A stretch of DNA of 43,816 bases from Macrostomum lignano. Its lineage: Eukaryota. A program made the translations under genes and the position numbers. The stretch lies in NCBI GenBank assembly GCA_002269645.1, contig NIVC01004504.1, positions 1-43,816 of the forward strand, written 5' to 3'. Positions 1 to 22,397 of the stretch are shown in pieces (the stretch's first letter is position 1; the number at the start of each line of letters is the position of its first letter). The notes under the pieces were generated by a model, which did no database searches, had not been told where the DNA came from, and saw only the letters and a list, made by a program, of their open reading frames with translations.

Positions 1-2
1 CA

Positions 3-986
3 GCAGTCAGAATCGACTCTGGCGTGTTTCATCTTTGTGCCCCGATTCCCCTGTCTGACTGGCCATTGTCGGAGCTCAGTTTGATCAGCACGGACAGGCG
101 GTCTGGTGCTCGAGTGTTCCTCACCCAGCCAGGAGAAATTCCCTCAGACTTTGTGAAGTCATTCTCTTTGGATGCAGCCAAGTATCACACCGTTTTAATT
201 GGGATGACGCAGCACGTGTACAAAGAAGGCCAGTTTGACGACTGTCTGAGCGAATCTGCAGATGTTCAGTTTGTGAATTTTTACGATCAAACGCCCCAGC
301 AATTATTCGTACAGCTATTCGTATTGCTACTACTATGAGTACCATAGGCAGTACCAGTCGATAATAAACTCGTCTGGTTTGCAGTCACCTCTGCCATGGC
401 CGTTGAGAGGAAAGCCCTTCGCTTATAACTTTTCCGTTGTATCAATTGCTGACCTGATGAGACTTGAATCAAATGCTTCGATAGTACAGCGGGTTAATAG
501 ATTGAGGTGGAAGCACAAAAATTTTGCAAGACAAAGCGTCCATGCAGCCTGATGGACTACAGCATCAGCATCTCCAGTGCCGATTGGCCTACACAAAGCT
601 CGGCTGAATCGTTTCTTCAAACTTCGGTGAAGCTGGCTCAGCTAAATGCTCAAGCTAAAAATCAGAGCGTCCCGGCTCTCGACTACCTATTGAACAACTA
701 TTCAACAAGCGACTTTGCCTCCTACGTTGGCAGTAATCTGTTGAAAGTGCACTTTAAACCGGAGCGCGTATTCTGCGACAGAGTGACATTCTCCAAAGAT
801 TACAGGCTTTCCGACTTCATCTCGGACGTTGGCGGCATAATGGGCGTGTATCTGGGCATGTCCCTGCTGACCCTGTGCGAGCTGCTGGAACTTGTGCACG
901 ATGTCGCTTTCGGACGGAAAAGTCGGGTGACCAGTCTGCAAAACAATGACGATCTGTCAGCGGAAGTTAAGGCGACGGGTACTTGA
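3..986 (+). CDS. DEG/ENaC (amiloride-sensitive sodium channel family) subunit, 3' part, with two apparent 1-nt frameshifts (pseudogene or sequence error)
   Basis: 501-986 encodes FCKTKRPC...DYSISISSADWP...NLLKVHF...SDFISDVGGIMGVYLGMSLLTLCELLEL, i.e. the pre-TM2/TM2 signature with a GxS filter (GMS). Upstream frame 3 has GARVFLTQPGEIP. The middle part (NYSYSYSYCYYYEYHRQ...PWPLRGK) lies in frame 1 after an extra C in the C4 run at 294-297 and must shift back near 500. The 5' end lies outside the window. Confidence 0.85.
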
Positions 987-2824
987 TACTGGAAACTGAA
1001 TCACCAATCAAAAACTGTTGGTCTTTTATTTTCTAAGCCTTATTTTACCATATCTGAGTTACTTTGTAATACGCTCACGTCTATAGCCAACACCTTTGAT
1101 CAGTCAGTGTAGCAAGCTTTTTTAACAGGCCACACACAGCACGGTCATCTTCATTGACAGTGATTGATTGGTTATCAAATATTATTTTTAATGTTTTCCA
1201 TAGCAGTACTTAAGAAGAAGAAATCTGATGTTTTCTTTTGTTGTTGCAGAAAATTTGGATGGTATTTTTTCATTTTAATTCTCTTTGTCGAAACAGCTAT
1301 TTGATTTTATTCTCATGTCTCTGCAATTTTTCTGTAAGGAAGCAAAAATCTGCTGGACTCGATCTTTTTAACATCTAATTTTCACAGTATCACGATTAAT
1401 ATTAACCTTTTATCATTTCAAGTTGTATCGACCCATGGCAATTTCTTTTGAAATATACTCCTTTTTTCTGTCGATAACGAAGAGCTAAACATTCGGTCTT
1501 CAGATAATCTAACGTTATATCGATTGCTCAAGATTGCGTAAGGCCGTCCAAGCATAGTCTCAGGCAGCTGTTCCTTTATTTAGCTTCTATTTATCTGTAG
1601 ATTTCATAGAGGCGCAACGTCTTTGTCAGAAGACGTTACCAAAGAAACGTCGATTCAATGCAAATTCCATCACAGACAGTACCTAGACGGCCTTTAAAAT
1701 GCTCAGTCTTGAGAGTTTATTTCTAGCCTTACGACTTCTTTAATGATTCTGGTGTTTAATATCTAGCGGAATCTGATGGATACTATTGAAAATAGACTAC
1801 TTAACTTGATTTTTTTAAACAGTCCTTGTTCGATGGCCTCATAACAAAAACATGTACCAGTACCCGCAAATTAGATTCAAAAATATTTTCTTTGTTTAGT
1901 TCTAGGTTTCTGTTAAGAATTTTAGGAACAGAACAGAACAGAACTTTAGGTTTCTGTTAAACTCATGCCATCTAAATGTAGCAGGAGAAGCAGTTAATAT
2001 CTTATAACTATAAACAACGTCGCGAATTTTACCAACCAAAAAGAGAACACGACGCCATTCGAGCTCACTGCAAACGACGGTTCAACCCAAGTCAGCATAT
2101 GCAGGGGAGATTCAGAAGTTAGCGGTGGCTTCGTTTGCTTGCATCGGAGGCTCATTCTGCAATGCATTCAGCTTGTCTCGGCGTTACGGGCAGCGGCATC
2201 GTTTAATTCGTGCAGCCTAGTGGAGATAACTGGCCACGAATCGGGTATTGAGACCGATAGGTGAAAAAAGTGCGGGGTTTAGTGTAATTGAATCAAAGGA
2301 GTAACTAGTTTCTAATGATCCATGTCGGATAATTGAAGATTCTAGGTACGTTTAGGAACTAGATTGAGTACAATGGCTGAGTGAAGTTAATGGGTTATGG
2401 GATTTCGGCCATTGGGTGGCTGACCTTTGTATGTGAATTATGAAAACGACCTGGGTAGAAAAATTCCCGGATGAATTCATAAAGCAAATATCGTAAATTG
2501 GCGTTGCAGGTATAGTTATGTTGATTAATGGACTATATTGCAATACATAGCCGTTTCGTGTTTACACAGTTCTCTAGTCTCTCCATTAATTATCCGAAAA
2601 TTAGAGATGAGCACTTTGATGACAGCCAAATTAGATAGTGTATGCTCTGGGCCATTGCTTGCCGTGACAACAAAGCAGATAAAAAAGAATCCGTTGAAAG
2701 AAAATGCTCCCTGCAAATCCAATGCAACTGGTCCTTGCGAAAACAAATACAGACGTCATGCAGCAGCTTATCGACCACTACGCACGTTATGCCAAGAGTC
2801 GTTAGCGACAAGCCAGTCTATGTC

Positions 2825-3752
2825 CGAATCATGTGGCTATTGATCTACCTGAGTACGTTGGCCCTTTTCATGAAAGGCTTGGCAACAGGGTGTTTGAGTC
2901 TATCTGACGCCACCCGGTAAGTACCCAACTCATTTTGTGACGTCATTCTCGCTTTACACTGGACAGCACCACGCCGTTGAGATTCGAATGCGCGGCAAAG
3001 TTACCAACCAGGCTAGTTTGACTGTCTGAGTGAACTCCAGAAGTGCAGTTTTTGAACCCGTATGATCATAATCCATACAATTATACGTAGAGTTATTCAT
3101 ATTGTTACTACTACGAGTATCACTGTGAGTTTCTGAAGCTATTCAACTTCTCGGGACAACTGAGTCCATTTCCGTGGCCGCTGAGAGGCAAGAACTTTAT
3201 ATTGAATACTTCCATCATAGATTGGATTGGATATTTGATAGTAAAAGTACAATGTGAAAAATGTCTTCAATATATAAAACACTAACTGATCACTGCAATT
3301 CGAAGTGACCTTGTAAAACCCTCGACTACACAGCGTGTGTCTCCAGCGTTGATTGGCCCACCGAGAGCTCGATGACTTCCTTCATCAATGACGTCATTCC
3401 AGCTGTTAAAGTGCAAGCTCGGACAAAGGGTCAAGTGGCGCCTGTAATAGATTTTTTGTTTGCTGAAAATAAATCAACTGTAACCTCCTATGTGAGCAAA
3501 AACCTGCTGAAAGTTCACCTGAAACCAGCTTGTACGCTTTGTTTTGGTGCGTCGTTCTCGAGGGACTACGGACTATCATATTTTCTGTCGGATATTGGCG
3601 GCATCATGGGAATCTAGTTGGGCATGTCGTTGATGACAGTGTGCGAACTGTTCGAACAGATATTTGATCTGCTCTATTTCAATAAGCGGACGATTTCTAC
3701 GACACCTTCTGTGCCTGATTTTTCATCTGAGCGGAATTCTTCCGCAGGCTGA
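2825..3752 (+). pseudogene. DEG/ENaC paralog, pseudogene
   Basis: Aligns by eye to the first copy (GNRVF..PPGKYPTHFVTSFSL, YSYCYYYEYH, PWPLRGK at 3172-3192, VSSVDWP, NLLKVHL, FLSDIGGIMGI*LGMSLMTVCELFE). In-frame stops at 3088 (TAG), 3306 (TGA) and 3615 (TAG) plus indels. Natural stop 3750-3752, AATAAA at 3784-3789. More degraded N-terminal sequence may extend to ~2000. Confidence 0.85.
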
Positions 3753-4093
3753 CACTTTTAAAGTTCTTATTAAAGATTTTTTAAATAAAATTCTTCGTTA
3801 CACTGCATAAAAATATACTAATAAAATAATAGGGATCCAAAGAAGATAACTATTTACCTGCTTAAAGCTATTAACATCATACAAATCTTTCTGCTTTGAA
3901 GTTAAACAAACTGTCCAGATGACAAAAAAACACATTTGGCTTGGATGGTAAGTTAGTAGGATCAATCAAGTAATATTGGGACAATGCAAAAGTCACTCTT
4001 TTATGCTACTGAATTCTAAAGCTAGTAAGCGCCTTCATAGATGACGATTTATTGAACAAATAAGATCGTTTTTAATGTTTCATTGTCGTTTGG

Positions 4094-4315
4094 AAAGGGG
4101 ATGTCAACTTAAGCACCAGAATGGAGCCCGAAGTTCAGCTCCGGACCAAACCGACTGCAATCGATAACTTGTCGGCCCGGACGACCAGGTCAGGGCCTGG
4201 GATGGGATGTCTCGGCGATTCTAGTCGTCTGGGCCGACAAGTTATCGATTGCAGTCTGTTTGGTCCGGAGCTGAACTTCAGGTTCCATTCTGGTGCTTAA
4301 GTTGACATCCCCTTT
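4094..4315. mobile_element. Foldback / MITE-like element with 92-bp terminal inverted repeats
   Basis: 4094-4185 is the reverse complement of 4224-4315 with 4 mismatches; 38-bp spacer; GGGG...CCCC near the termini; no coding capacity. No convincing target-site duplication seen. Confidence 0.7.
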
Positions 4316-5936
4316 ATTTTTTGTTCTGTTGTAAAAAATATCTCACAGAGAAAATACATCGGGTGATATATACCCCTCAGGAACACTGGAGACATACTTT
4401 AATAAGCCAGTCCTAAAAATCGGGTACAATTTCGAAAAAAAACAACTTGGCAAGATAAACAAAAACCTAGACAGAATTTTTCATGATTTCGGAATCACAT
4501 AATCGATTTTGACAATTTTGGTCTTGTTGTAAAGCAGAATAAATTATTGTACTAAAGACTAGCTGGGCACGTTTGATAAAGAGTCTTCCTGACAAAGAGT
4601 TGTCTGATCGTGTACCTTTCACTCTAACCCCCTAATTTACTCTTGGCGCCTACTTTTCTGATCATATTTTTGCTTTGAACTTTTATAAATCTGTTTTTGC
4701 ACTTATTGATTCCGCGGTATAGCACTGCTAATCTTAATCTCAACATTGGCACATTTTCTTGACACCTAAATCTGACACCATATGGGAAGTGTGTTAATCC
4801 CAGCACGCGTTCGGGGTTCCACTTGGTAATAAAACATTTCCCCACAGAAACCTTACAGAGCTGATCTTTTCTATAAATAGAACTCCAGCACAATCAATGT
4901 GCGTGCTTCCCGTAGTGCTGACGTTAATGCGGGGACTTAACTGTTTAGCTTGGCGTCACAATAACATGAAAGATTTTTTATTTATTGCTGACTAAGGACA
5001 TTTCAGTAGACCAACTAACGTACTATATTAAAGCAAATTTAATACAAGGTTTGTCTAGTAAATTGCTCAAAAGTAAATATATTTTTCCATGTTTCCGAAA
5101 GATATTTTAGGTTTTTTTTGAATAACTAAATGCTAGTTAGCTTCTAAGTTTACTACACCATTACTAGCACCCAGACAATATATTATTGAGTTGTCTTAGC
5201 TGCAAGTAACACTATTGCCAATGAATTTGCATGCAGCTAGCAGTCTGATTTCAGAAAAGCCTGGCACAACGCTGACCACTGTGCTCGGATATGAAAGGTG
5301 CGGGGAAGCCTTTTGAATTTAAGTCAATAATAACTCAGCAGTGAGTGCAAGTTGCTGGGGGGGGAATGATTTTGAGACTGAAATATTCTCTCACCGCCAA
5401 CAGCAGACTTTTACGGCCCCTGCCCAGCCAGAGAAAGGAGGCGAGTTGCCAAGGGGCGCTGAGTGTGCGCAGAGTTCAACCCCCAAGCCTCTTCCCCTAA
5501 TCTGGCCAGTTGACCGAACCTTCCGATTAAGAGCCGATGCGATTTCGGTTTATTCTCAGTCTGGCAGTCCTTCAACGCCTCCCCCCCCCCGCGGCCAGGG
5601 ACAACTCTTAGCACAGAGTGCACTCCCAGGACCCCGTCGCTCTCTGCCGATTTGCTTCCCTGTTCTCTTAGGATTTGCTAGCAAAAAAACGATTCTACCC
5701 ACCCTCCACCACTGCATTGTGAGCGCTCGAAACCAGAGCGTATCCAGTTGTTAAGTAAAAAATCGGAGAAAGCGAGTGCAGAAAAAGAATTTTGTTGGCT
5801 GCTCCAATAAAAACTGCACAGCGATTTCACCCAGAAAGGACGGGATTCCGTAAGTATAGTTTGACCGCGTTTCATAGCTTGCTGCAAAGGGTTGAGATTA
5901 AAAACCGCCAGTGGAGCCCATTTGGACGGCCCAGAA

Positions 5937-6755
5937 ATGGGTGTAATTATGAAGCAGCTGTGGATTAGCAGCGACAGCAGAAAGCTCGTGTCCCACAAGC
6001 TGCAGAGACGCCTAGTGATCATCTCTGTAATCCTCGGCGTCTCAGTTTTCATCTTGTTCCTCGGCGGCTTGATGTGGGCTCTGATTGCCGCGAATCGTGA
6101 TCCGTCTGTAAATATTTCCTCTCTGAAGTACATCTCGTATGCGTTCTTCGGCATCGGCGGCGTCGGCATAATCGCATTCTGCTTCATGTGGCTCGTGTTT
6201 GTTCGCGACGCAAAATTTGAGATACACCAGCAAGAGTTGCGACATGCGCCGAATTTGTTTCGCTTCCCGCCTCCGGACGTAGAGGAAGAGACGCGTTCGG
6301 ATTTCGCTGTGACGGGTCAGGAGGAGAGCACCCAGATGACTGACCTGCATGGCAGTAGACCGGACGTGGTTGTGGCAGTCGCTGTGGAAGTGGACGCAGC
6401 TCGCGAGCGACCAGGCGTGGTGTCTTCCGATGGAACGCGTCATCCGAGCGAGTCGTCCTTGACAACAGGCGTATACGACCCAGCCAGTCCGTCTGGCGGC
6501 CTGTCCTCGACGTCATCGGAGCGACCCTTGACGGCGGTGCTACCTAGTCGGTACAATCGAGCCGGCCGACTGCCCAGCGATATGCCTCGGCCCAGAGCGG
6601 TAAGCAATTCGGATTCAATCAATGGAGCGGCGCTGCCTGCAAGTTCTGGCTCCGCGCTATCGCCAGCGGTGGTTATTCTGGAGCCGTCAGCACTGAGATA
6701 CTCGCGGCCCAGCTCTGTCACGACAAGCAGTAGCAAAGAACGTTTTATTGTCTGA
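5937..6755 (+). CDS. Intronless two-transmembrane protein with Ser/Pro-rich C-terminal tail, function unknown
   Basis: ATG at 5937, 272 aa, GC-rich island in AT-rich flanks. Two hydrophobic helices (LVIISVILGVSVFILFLGGLMWALIA; YISYAFFGIGGVGIIAFCFMWLVFV) separated by a short loop with an N-I-S sequon, followed by a low-complexity tail. Confidence 0.75.
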   Translation: MGVIMKQLWISSDSRKLVSHKLQRRLVIISVILGVSVFILFLGGLMWALIAANRDPSVNISSLKYISYAFFGIGGVGIIAFCFMWLVFVRDAKFEIHQQELRHAPNLFRFPPPDVEEETRSDFAVTGQEESTQMTDLHGSRPDVVVAVAVEVDAARERPGVVSSDGTRHPSESSLTTGVYDPASPSGGLSSTSSERPLTAVLPSRYNRAGRLPSDMPRPRAVSNSDSINGAALPASSGSALSPAVVILEPSALRYSRPSSVTTSSSKERFIV

Positions 6756-9080
6756 TGACTTTTTTAGGATAAATACTTCCAATTGAAATTCATTTTCTAT
6801 GTCGATGCATAGAAGAAAAGATCCCTATTATTTTCTGAACGTCTGACCAAAGGTTAAATTTCAATATAGCCTCTTGGACTTACGTCAGGTTAGGGATCTC
6901 TTTATAGCTGGAACGAAAAAAGTCTAAGTTCTTACCATCGTGCAAAAGTCCATCAGATACAGAGCAAGTATATCAATCTTGCTGGTTGCTGAATTTAAAA
7001 AAAATATGAACTGCTGGGTTGGGTTTGATTGGTCGTTGATACAGAATTTTAATGTCATATTGTACTTGACTATGATGATTATAATATAATATATAATCAT
7101 CATAGGTCTGCAGACTATTTTTCTACCGTGTGCACACTGCCAATCTTCTTTGTTAAACTCATTTTATACTTTTCGTTTCACATCTTTTCATGTTTTATTC
7201 ACCTCCTGCGCCTTAAAAACCGAAACTCTTTCATTGTCCGAAGTGATTCAAGCATTCGTTTTCGCCCTGACTAACTTACTGGTAGCTAGCTACGTATAAT
7301 TTTATAATTTATACCCTCGAAAAAACAACTAAACCCATTTTAGACAGTTCTTTCGACAATGCTTAACACTGAAAGGACAAAAGGACGATGTTCTGAAAAA
7401 AATTTACTCGTCAAACAATTCTACAAAAAATGTGTCCAAAGTTATTAAAAGTTAAAATTTAAACTAATTTTCTGTTTAAAATAGCAGTAGAGTTTACCAA
7501 GATTGTCGAAAAAAAGACAAAATGTTATAAATTAATGCGATTCTGCGATTCATGCTTATGTAGTGTCAAATTTGAAAAATCCGTTGTGAGAAATATTCTA
7601 ATCAAGGCTGCAATTTATGTTTTATTTGTAATTGTACTACGAGTAAACCTTTCGGCATTGCTTTTGTTTAAAAAATCGACTATGTAAGTTAATTTCAAAC
7701 GATTTACGATTGGTGTTGAGTTCTAGTTCGTAAATACGCTCCTAGTTTGATGCGTAAAACAACTGGCGTGCACTTCCGATAGCTACTGCACTTCTTAAGG
7801 AAACTCATAACAATTGCTTCCATCCATTGTTTCTTAAGGTATCGCGACTTGTAGACCATTGGAATATATGTTCTATTGCTGCAATAACTCTTTTTATATC
7901 CAGTGCATCTAGCGTACATATACAATTGTACAAATTGCTCACAGCTTTCTGTAGGGAGTCAAAAGTCGTAGAAAGCATTGCGTTTAAATGAAACATATTT
8001 CTTAATTAAAATTCTCGCAATATGTTTAGTGAATAATGCAAAAGAAAGTTATACTAGAGGTGAATCATTCATCTAAATAGTATATAAATTTGTTTGTGAG
8101 CTCAGTTTTTTCTGTTCTGTTGGAGTACAAATACTGAAAACAAGCTATATATTGCCAGACAGTTAGCATGGGAGTTACCCTGGACGGCTTAGTTATTAGG
8201 GCTTAAAGCTACTCTGAGGAAATGCAATAGCGCCAAGTGCTGCATATAGTCCCGGCCGGGTGAGCTAGTTTAAACTGACTTTGAGACAGTACTCCAGGGT
8301 TTAGGATTTGCTAAACAAACATTACTGTGTGGCTAGACATTTTTTCTCATATGAGGGAAGAGGAACTACGAGTATATATAGCTAGCTATAGTGAAATCAA
8401 TGGCATTACCATATAGAAGCCATTGCAATAATTTCGTTAATGGGAAATTACTAATCAAGCCTATAAAAAAATCGATCATTATTTGATTGACTGACGTTCG
8501 ATTTGTGAGAATAGTTAAGTAAGCTGGTGGATTTTCTGTCTTACATGTACATGCAGTTGCAACGGTTAGTGGATAGTATAAGTACATTCTTTATTCGAAT
8601 ATGCCAACGTTTATCCGTAAGGGCGTGTCCTAGAGGTAGAACTACAAGTACAAAATTGTTGTACAGCTTGAATAGAAAAGCACACACACAGTTTGGACCC
8701 TGGAACGGCTACAGAGAGAAAGCATTGTTCTATATAGTATTGATACGAACTGGCACACTTAGTATTGACTCAGCCAGAGCTTCTGCGTTAGATATAGCGC
8801 AATGGGAAAATAGACAGCTGGTCAATACAGTCACCTTTTTAGCTACTGTAGACAGTAAGGAAATTTCCCTCAGCCAGAAAGCATGAGTTATGAGTTTTTA
8901 GAATGCATAAGACTGACAAACAGAGCTACTGAAAGTGGCGAAGAAAGGACACAATGAACTTCATTCAATCTGAGTATTGCTCAAGCTTAAGTTGTTTAGT
9001 GTCAACACATTTAAAATTTAGTCTTATGGCTACTGTGGTAGGTACGAGTGGATTCAGTACGATGGAATATGGACACTCAT

Positions 9081-10668
9081 TTGAGGGAATGAGTTGAGGG
9101 AATGAGTTGAGGGAATGATTGGAAGAATCAAGATGGAGTGGGAAGAATCAGGATGGAGTGGGAAGAATCAGGATGGGATGGAAAGAATCAGGATGGGTGG
9201 GAAGAATCAGGATGGGGTGGGAAGAGTCAGGATGGGATGGGAAGAGTCAGGATGGGATGGGAAGAATCAGGATGGGATGGAAAGAGTCAGGATGGGATGG
9301 GAAGAATCAGGATGGAGTGGGAAGAGTCAGGATGGGTCGGGAAGAGTCAGGATGGGATGGGAAGAGTCAGGATGGGGTGGTAAGAGTCAGGATGGGATGA
9401 GAAGAATCAGGATGGGATGGGAAGAATCAGGATGGGATGGGAAGAATCAGGATGGGATGGGAAGAATCAGGATGGGGTGGGAAGAGTCAGGATGGGATGG
9501 GAAGAGTCAGGATGGGATGGGAAGAGTCAGGATGGGATGAGAAGAATCAGGATGGGATGGGAAGAGTCAGGATGGGATGGGAAGAATCAGGATGGGATGG
9601 GAAGAATCAGGATGGGGTGGGAAGAGTCAGGATGGGATGGGAAGAATCAGGATGGGATGGGAAGAGTCAGGATGGGGTGGGAAGAATCAGGATGGGATGG
9701 GAAGAATCAGGATGGGGTGGTAAGAGTCAGGATGGGATGGGAAGAATCAGGATGGGGTGGGAAGAGTCAGGATGGGATGGGAAGAATCAGGATGGGATGG
9801 GAAGAATCAGGATGGGATGGGAAGAGTCAGGATGGGATGAGAAGAATCAGGATGGGATGGGAAGAATCAGGATGGGATGGGAAGAATCAGGATGGGATGG
9901 GAAGAGTCAGGATGGGGTGGTAAGAGTCAGGATGGGATGAGAAGAATCAGGATGGGATGGGAAGAGTCAGGATGGGGTGGTAAGAGTCAGGATGGGATGG
10001 GAAGAATCAGGATGGGATGAGAAGAGTCAGGATGGGGTGGGAAGAGAAGAGTCAGGATGGGGTGGGAAGAGTCAGGATGGGATGGGAAGAGTCAGGATGG
10101 GATGAGAAGAATCAGGATGGGATGGGAAGAGTCAGGATGGGGTGGGAAGAGTCAGGATGGGATGGGAAGAATCAGGATGGGATGAGAAGAGTCAGGATGG
10201 GGTGAGAAGAGAAGAGTCAGGATGGGGTGAGAAGAGTCAGGATGGGGTGGGAAGAATCAGGATGGGATGGGAAGAGTCAGGATGGGGTGGTAAGAGTCAG
10301 GATGGGGTGGGAAGAATCAGGATGGGATGGGAAGAATCAGGATGGGATGGGAAGAGTCAGGATGGGGTGGTAAGAGTCAGGATGGGGTGGTAAGAGTCAG
10401 GATGGGGTGGTAAGAGTCAGGATGGGTTGGGAAGAGTCAGGATGGGATGGGAAGAGTCAGGATGGGGTGGTAAGAGTCAGGATGAGATGGGAAGAATCAG
10501 GATGGGATGGGAAGAATCAGGATGGGGTGGGAAGAGTCAGGATGGGGTGGTAAGAGTCAGGATGGGATGGGAAGACTCAGGATGGGATGGGAAGAAGCAG
10601 GATGGGGTGGGAAGAGTCAGGATGGGGTGGGAAGAATCAGGATGGGGTGGGAAGAATCAGGATGGGGT
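9081..10668 (+). repeat. G-rich 20-bp minisatellite (GGAAGA[A/G]TCAGGATGGG[A/G]TG)n, preceded by three copies of a 13-bp unit
   Basis: 20-bp periodicity visible over ~1.55 kb from 9120; TTGAGGGAATGAG units at 9081, 9094 and 9107. Confidence 0.97.
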
Positions 10669-11555
10669 AGGATCCAATATGTATATATATAGCCATATTT
10701 ATATATAGGTAAATCTAATATTCCAATGTACGTGTCCATATTCCAAAGTACTCAATCTACTAATACCTGCCACAATAGCGATAGAACTAAATTTTAAATG
10801 TTTAAATATGTATATTCAATATATTCATGCTTTCTGTATATACATATATATTATGCTTTGTGGCCATGAGTACTTTTGAATGCTTAATTTCCAAGTGCCA
10901 GCAGATCTAAATGCATACCTATGGTACTCAAACGAAATCAACCAATAACGTTGAAGTATGAAAGCAACTAAAAGAAGGACCACTGGTGAATTGCATTGCT
11001 TTTTTGTAAAACATGTTGCACGCACACGATCATATTGGGCATCAAAGTTACTGTGGTAGACTTTCTGAGTAAATCGTTTATTAACTACCATTTTATGCAC
11101 AGAAAATCCGGGATGTTTTTACACAGAGTTCAATTTTTGAGAGACAACTGCGCGCGCATGTGCCAGCTGAGTGCCAGCCGAAACAGAAAAAAAACCTGTC
11201 TAATATTGTAGCTGATTGAAGCAGAAACGCGGTAGTTTAGGGACTGTACAGAAGCAATACCATAATTCATAATTTAGAACGATTCATTAGTCTGGTTCGC
11301 GTGTGACATGTAAGCACAATATGCTATTATCAGGCTTTAGTCCGACTGGGACTGGATAGTAACCAACTCGAAGTGATAAAATGGATAATCGTTAAGGTTA
11401 AGCGTGTACAGTGGAACATAAATCAATAGTTGTTCATTATTGCCGATAACTTCCTGTAACGATTCAATCTAACAAAGACATTCCGTATAGTTTGAAGCCA
11501 TCATAATTTCATTGCAAGAAAATAAACTGTTTGCTTTCCGCTACAGGCTGCTTTT

Positions 11556-20116
<8,561 letters not shown>

Positions 20117-21223
20117 TCAGTTACCGGCCAAACAAACCGTGTAGAGAATATGGTCGGGTTACAATTAGGCTTATTACTAAGCTGGGTTAGTCTGCCGGGT
20201 GAGCAGGGAACTACGTGCCGAAATGGCCTCGACGAAAGACGAAACCAACCAAGTCCCTGCGTGTAGGGCAAGCAGATTCTGCCGCAGTAAGTCTAGGATT
20301 GCGAGTGAATGCTCCTAACAGAGTTCTAGTTTTCCGCCCCCCCCCCGTCTTTTATGTCATCCAAGTCCTTCTGTTCGTTCTTGTTTGCGAGCTAGAAAGA
20401 GCTGATGCCGGGTGAGAGAGGGGACAGGTGGCGGGGAGGTTCGGGCCCATCGTTCGCTCCCTCTTCTCCGGTGTCTAACAGTGGAAGAGGTTGAGAGACA
20501 GGGATGGACAGACAGACAGCCATCGGGCAGTGCTAAATTGCAGTGCCGAGAACAGGCTGAGAGGCACTAGGATGGAGATTATATGCAAAGGCACGCCGAT
20601 CCGCTTCCGAACTGCCTATTAAGGCAGCTCTTCAGTCTCAAATTTTCCAACTTGTTTTGTTCCACAGTTGCCAGCCTTCCAGGACGCGTTCTGTCGTCTC
20701 AAGCCGACTCTTTATTTATCTGTACCTGCTCTGCGCTGCTTACATCACTCTGACGGCGAGGAGAAAGAAAAAAGGAGCAGATGACAGATGGAAGGCGACG
20801 CTAAATAAGCTAAGGTGAAGAAAACAGATTGCAAATCCTGACCCCTGAGCAGACATAGCCGCGAGCGGTGACGGCTGTGGGAGAGGAAAGGAAGCCGAGG
20901 TGAAATAGGACACTGAGAGAGCTGCGTTCCCTCGGAAGGCATATGGCTTTTCGTTGGGGGCAGATGCCGGCAGCACTGGATGTGATATAATCAGCGCTGC
21001 ACGGTCCGTGCCAGCGCTATGAGGCGCATGGCTCAAGCCAGCCTCGCAATCCCCGAGATAATACTGATCAGCTCAAAGCTCACTCACGTACTATCCCCCA
21101 CTTCCACACTATCTATCATTACAGCATTGACCAGGGATTTGCAACTCGAATATCTGAAATCAATGTGCAGAATATTCTTATCAATAAATCAATCAATAAG
21201 TCATTCAATCAATCAGTCGAGGA

Positions 21224-22397
<1,174 letters not shown>

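Noticed and set aside
3088-3617. Two in-frame TAG codons in DEG/ENaC copy 2 both align to Tyr in copy 1, hinting at stop-codon reassignment
   Set aside because: The same copy also has an in-frame TGA at an Arg position and frameshifts, TAC/TAT->TAG is a single substitution, and no internal TAG occurs in the CaMKK or kinase exons. Ordinary pseudogene decay.
5341-5754. 137-aa ORF upstream of the 2-TM gene, and antisense ORFs over the GC-rich genes
   Set aside because: GTG start, no recognisable motifs; best explained as promoter/5' UTR sequence or shadow frames of real CDSs.
7070-7105. 14-bp-stem AT-rich hairpin downstream of the 2-TM gene (and a similar 12-bp stem at 42961-42990)
   Set aside because: Short AT-rich inverted repeats arise readily by chance or slippage; no supporting element features.
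8251-8269. CCCGGCCGGG palindrome followed by CTAG|T, like a Helitron 3' end
   Set aside because: The stem is too short, has no loop, and no matching 5' end was identified.
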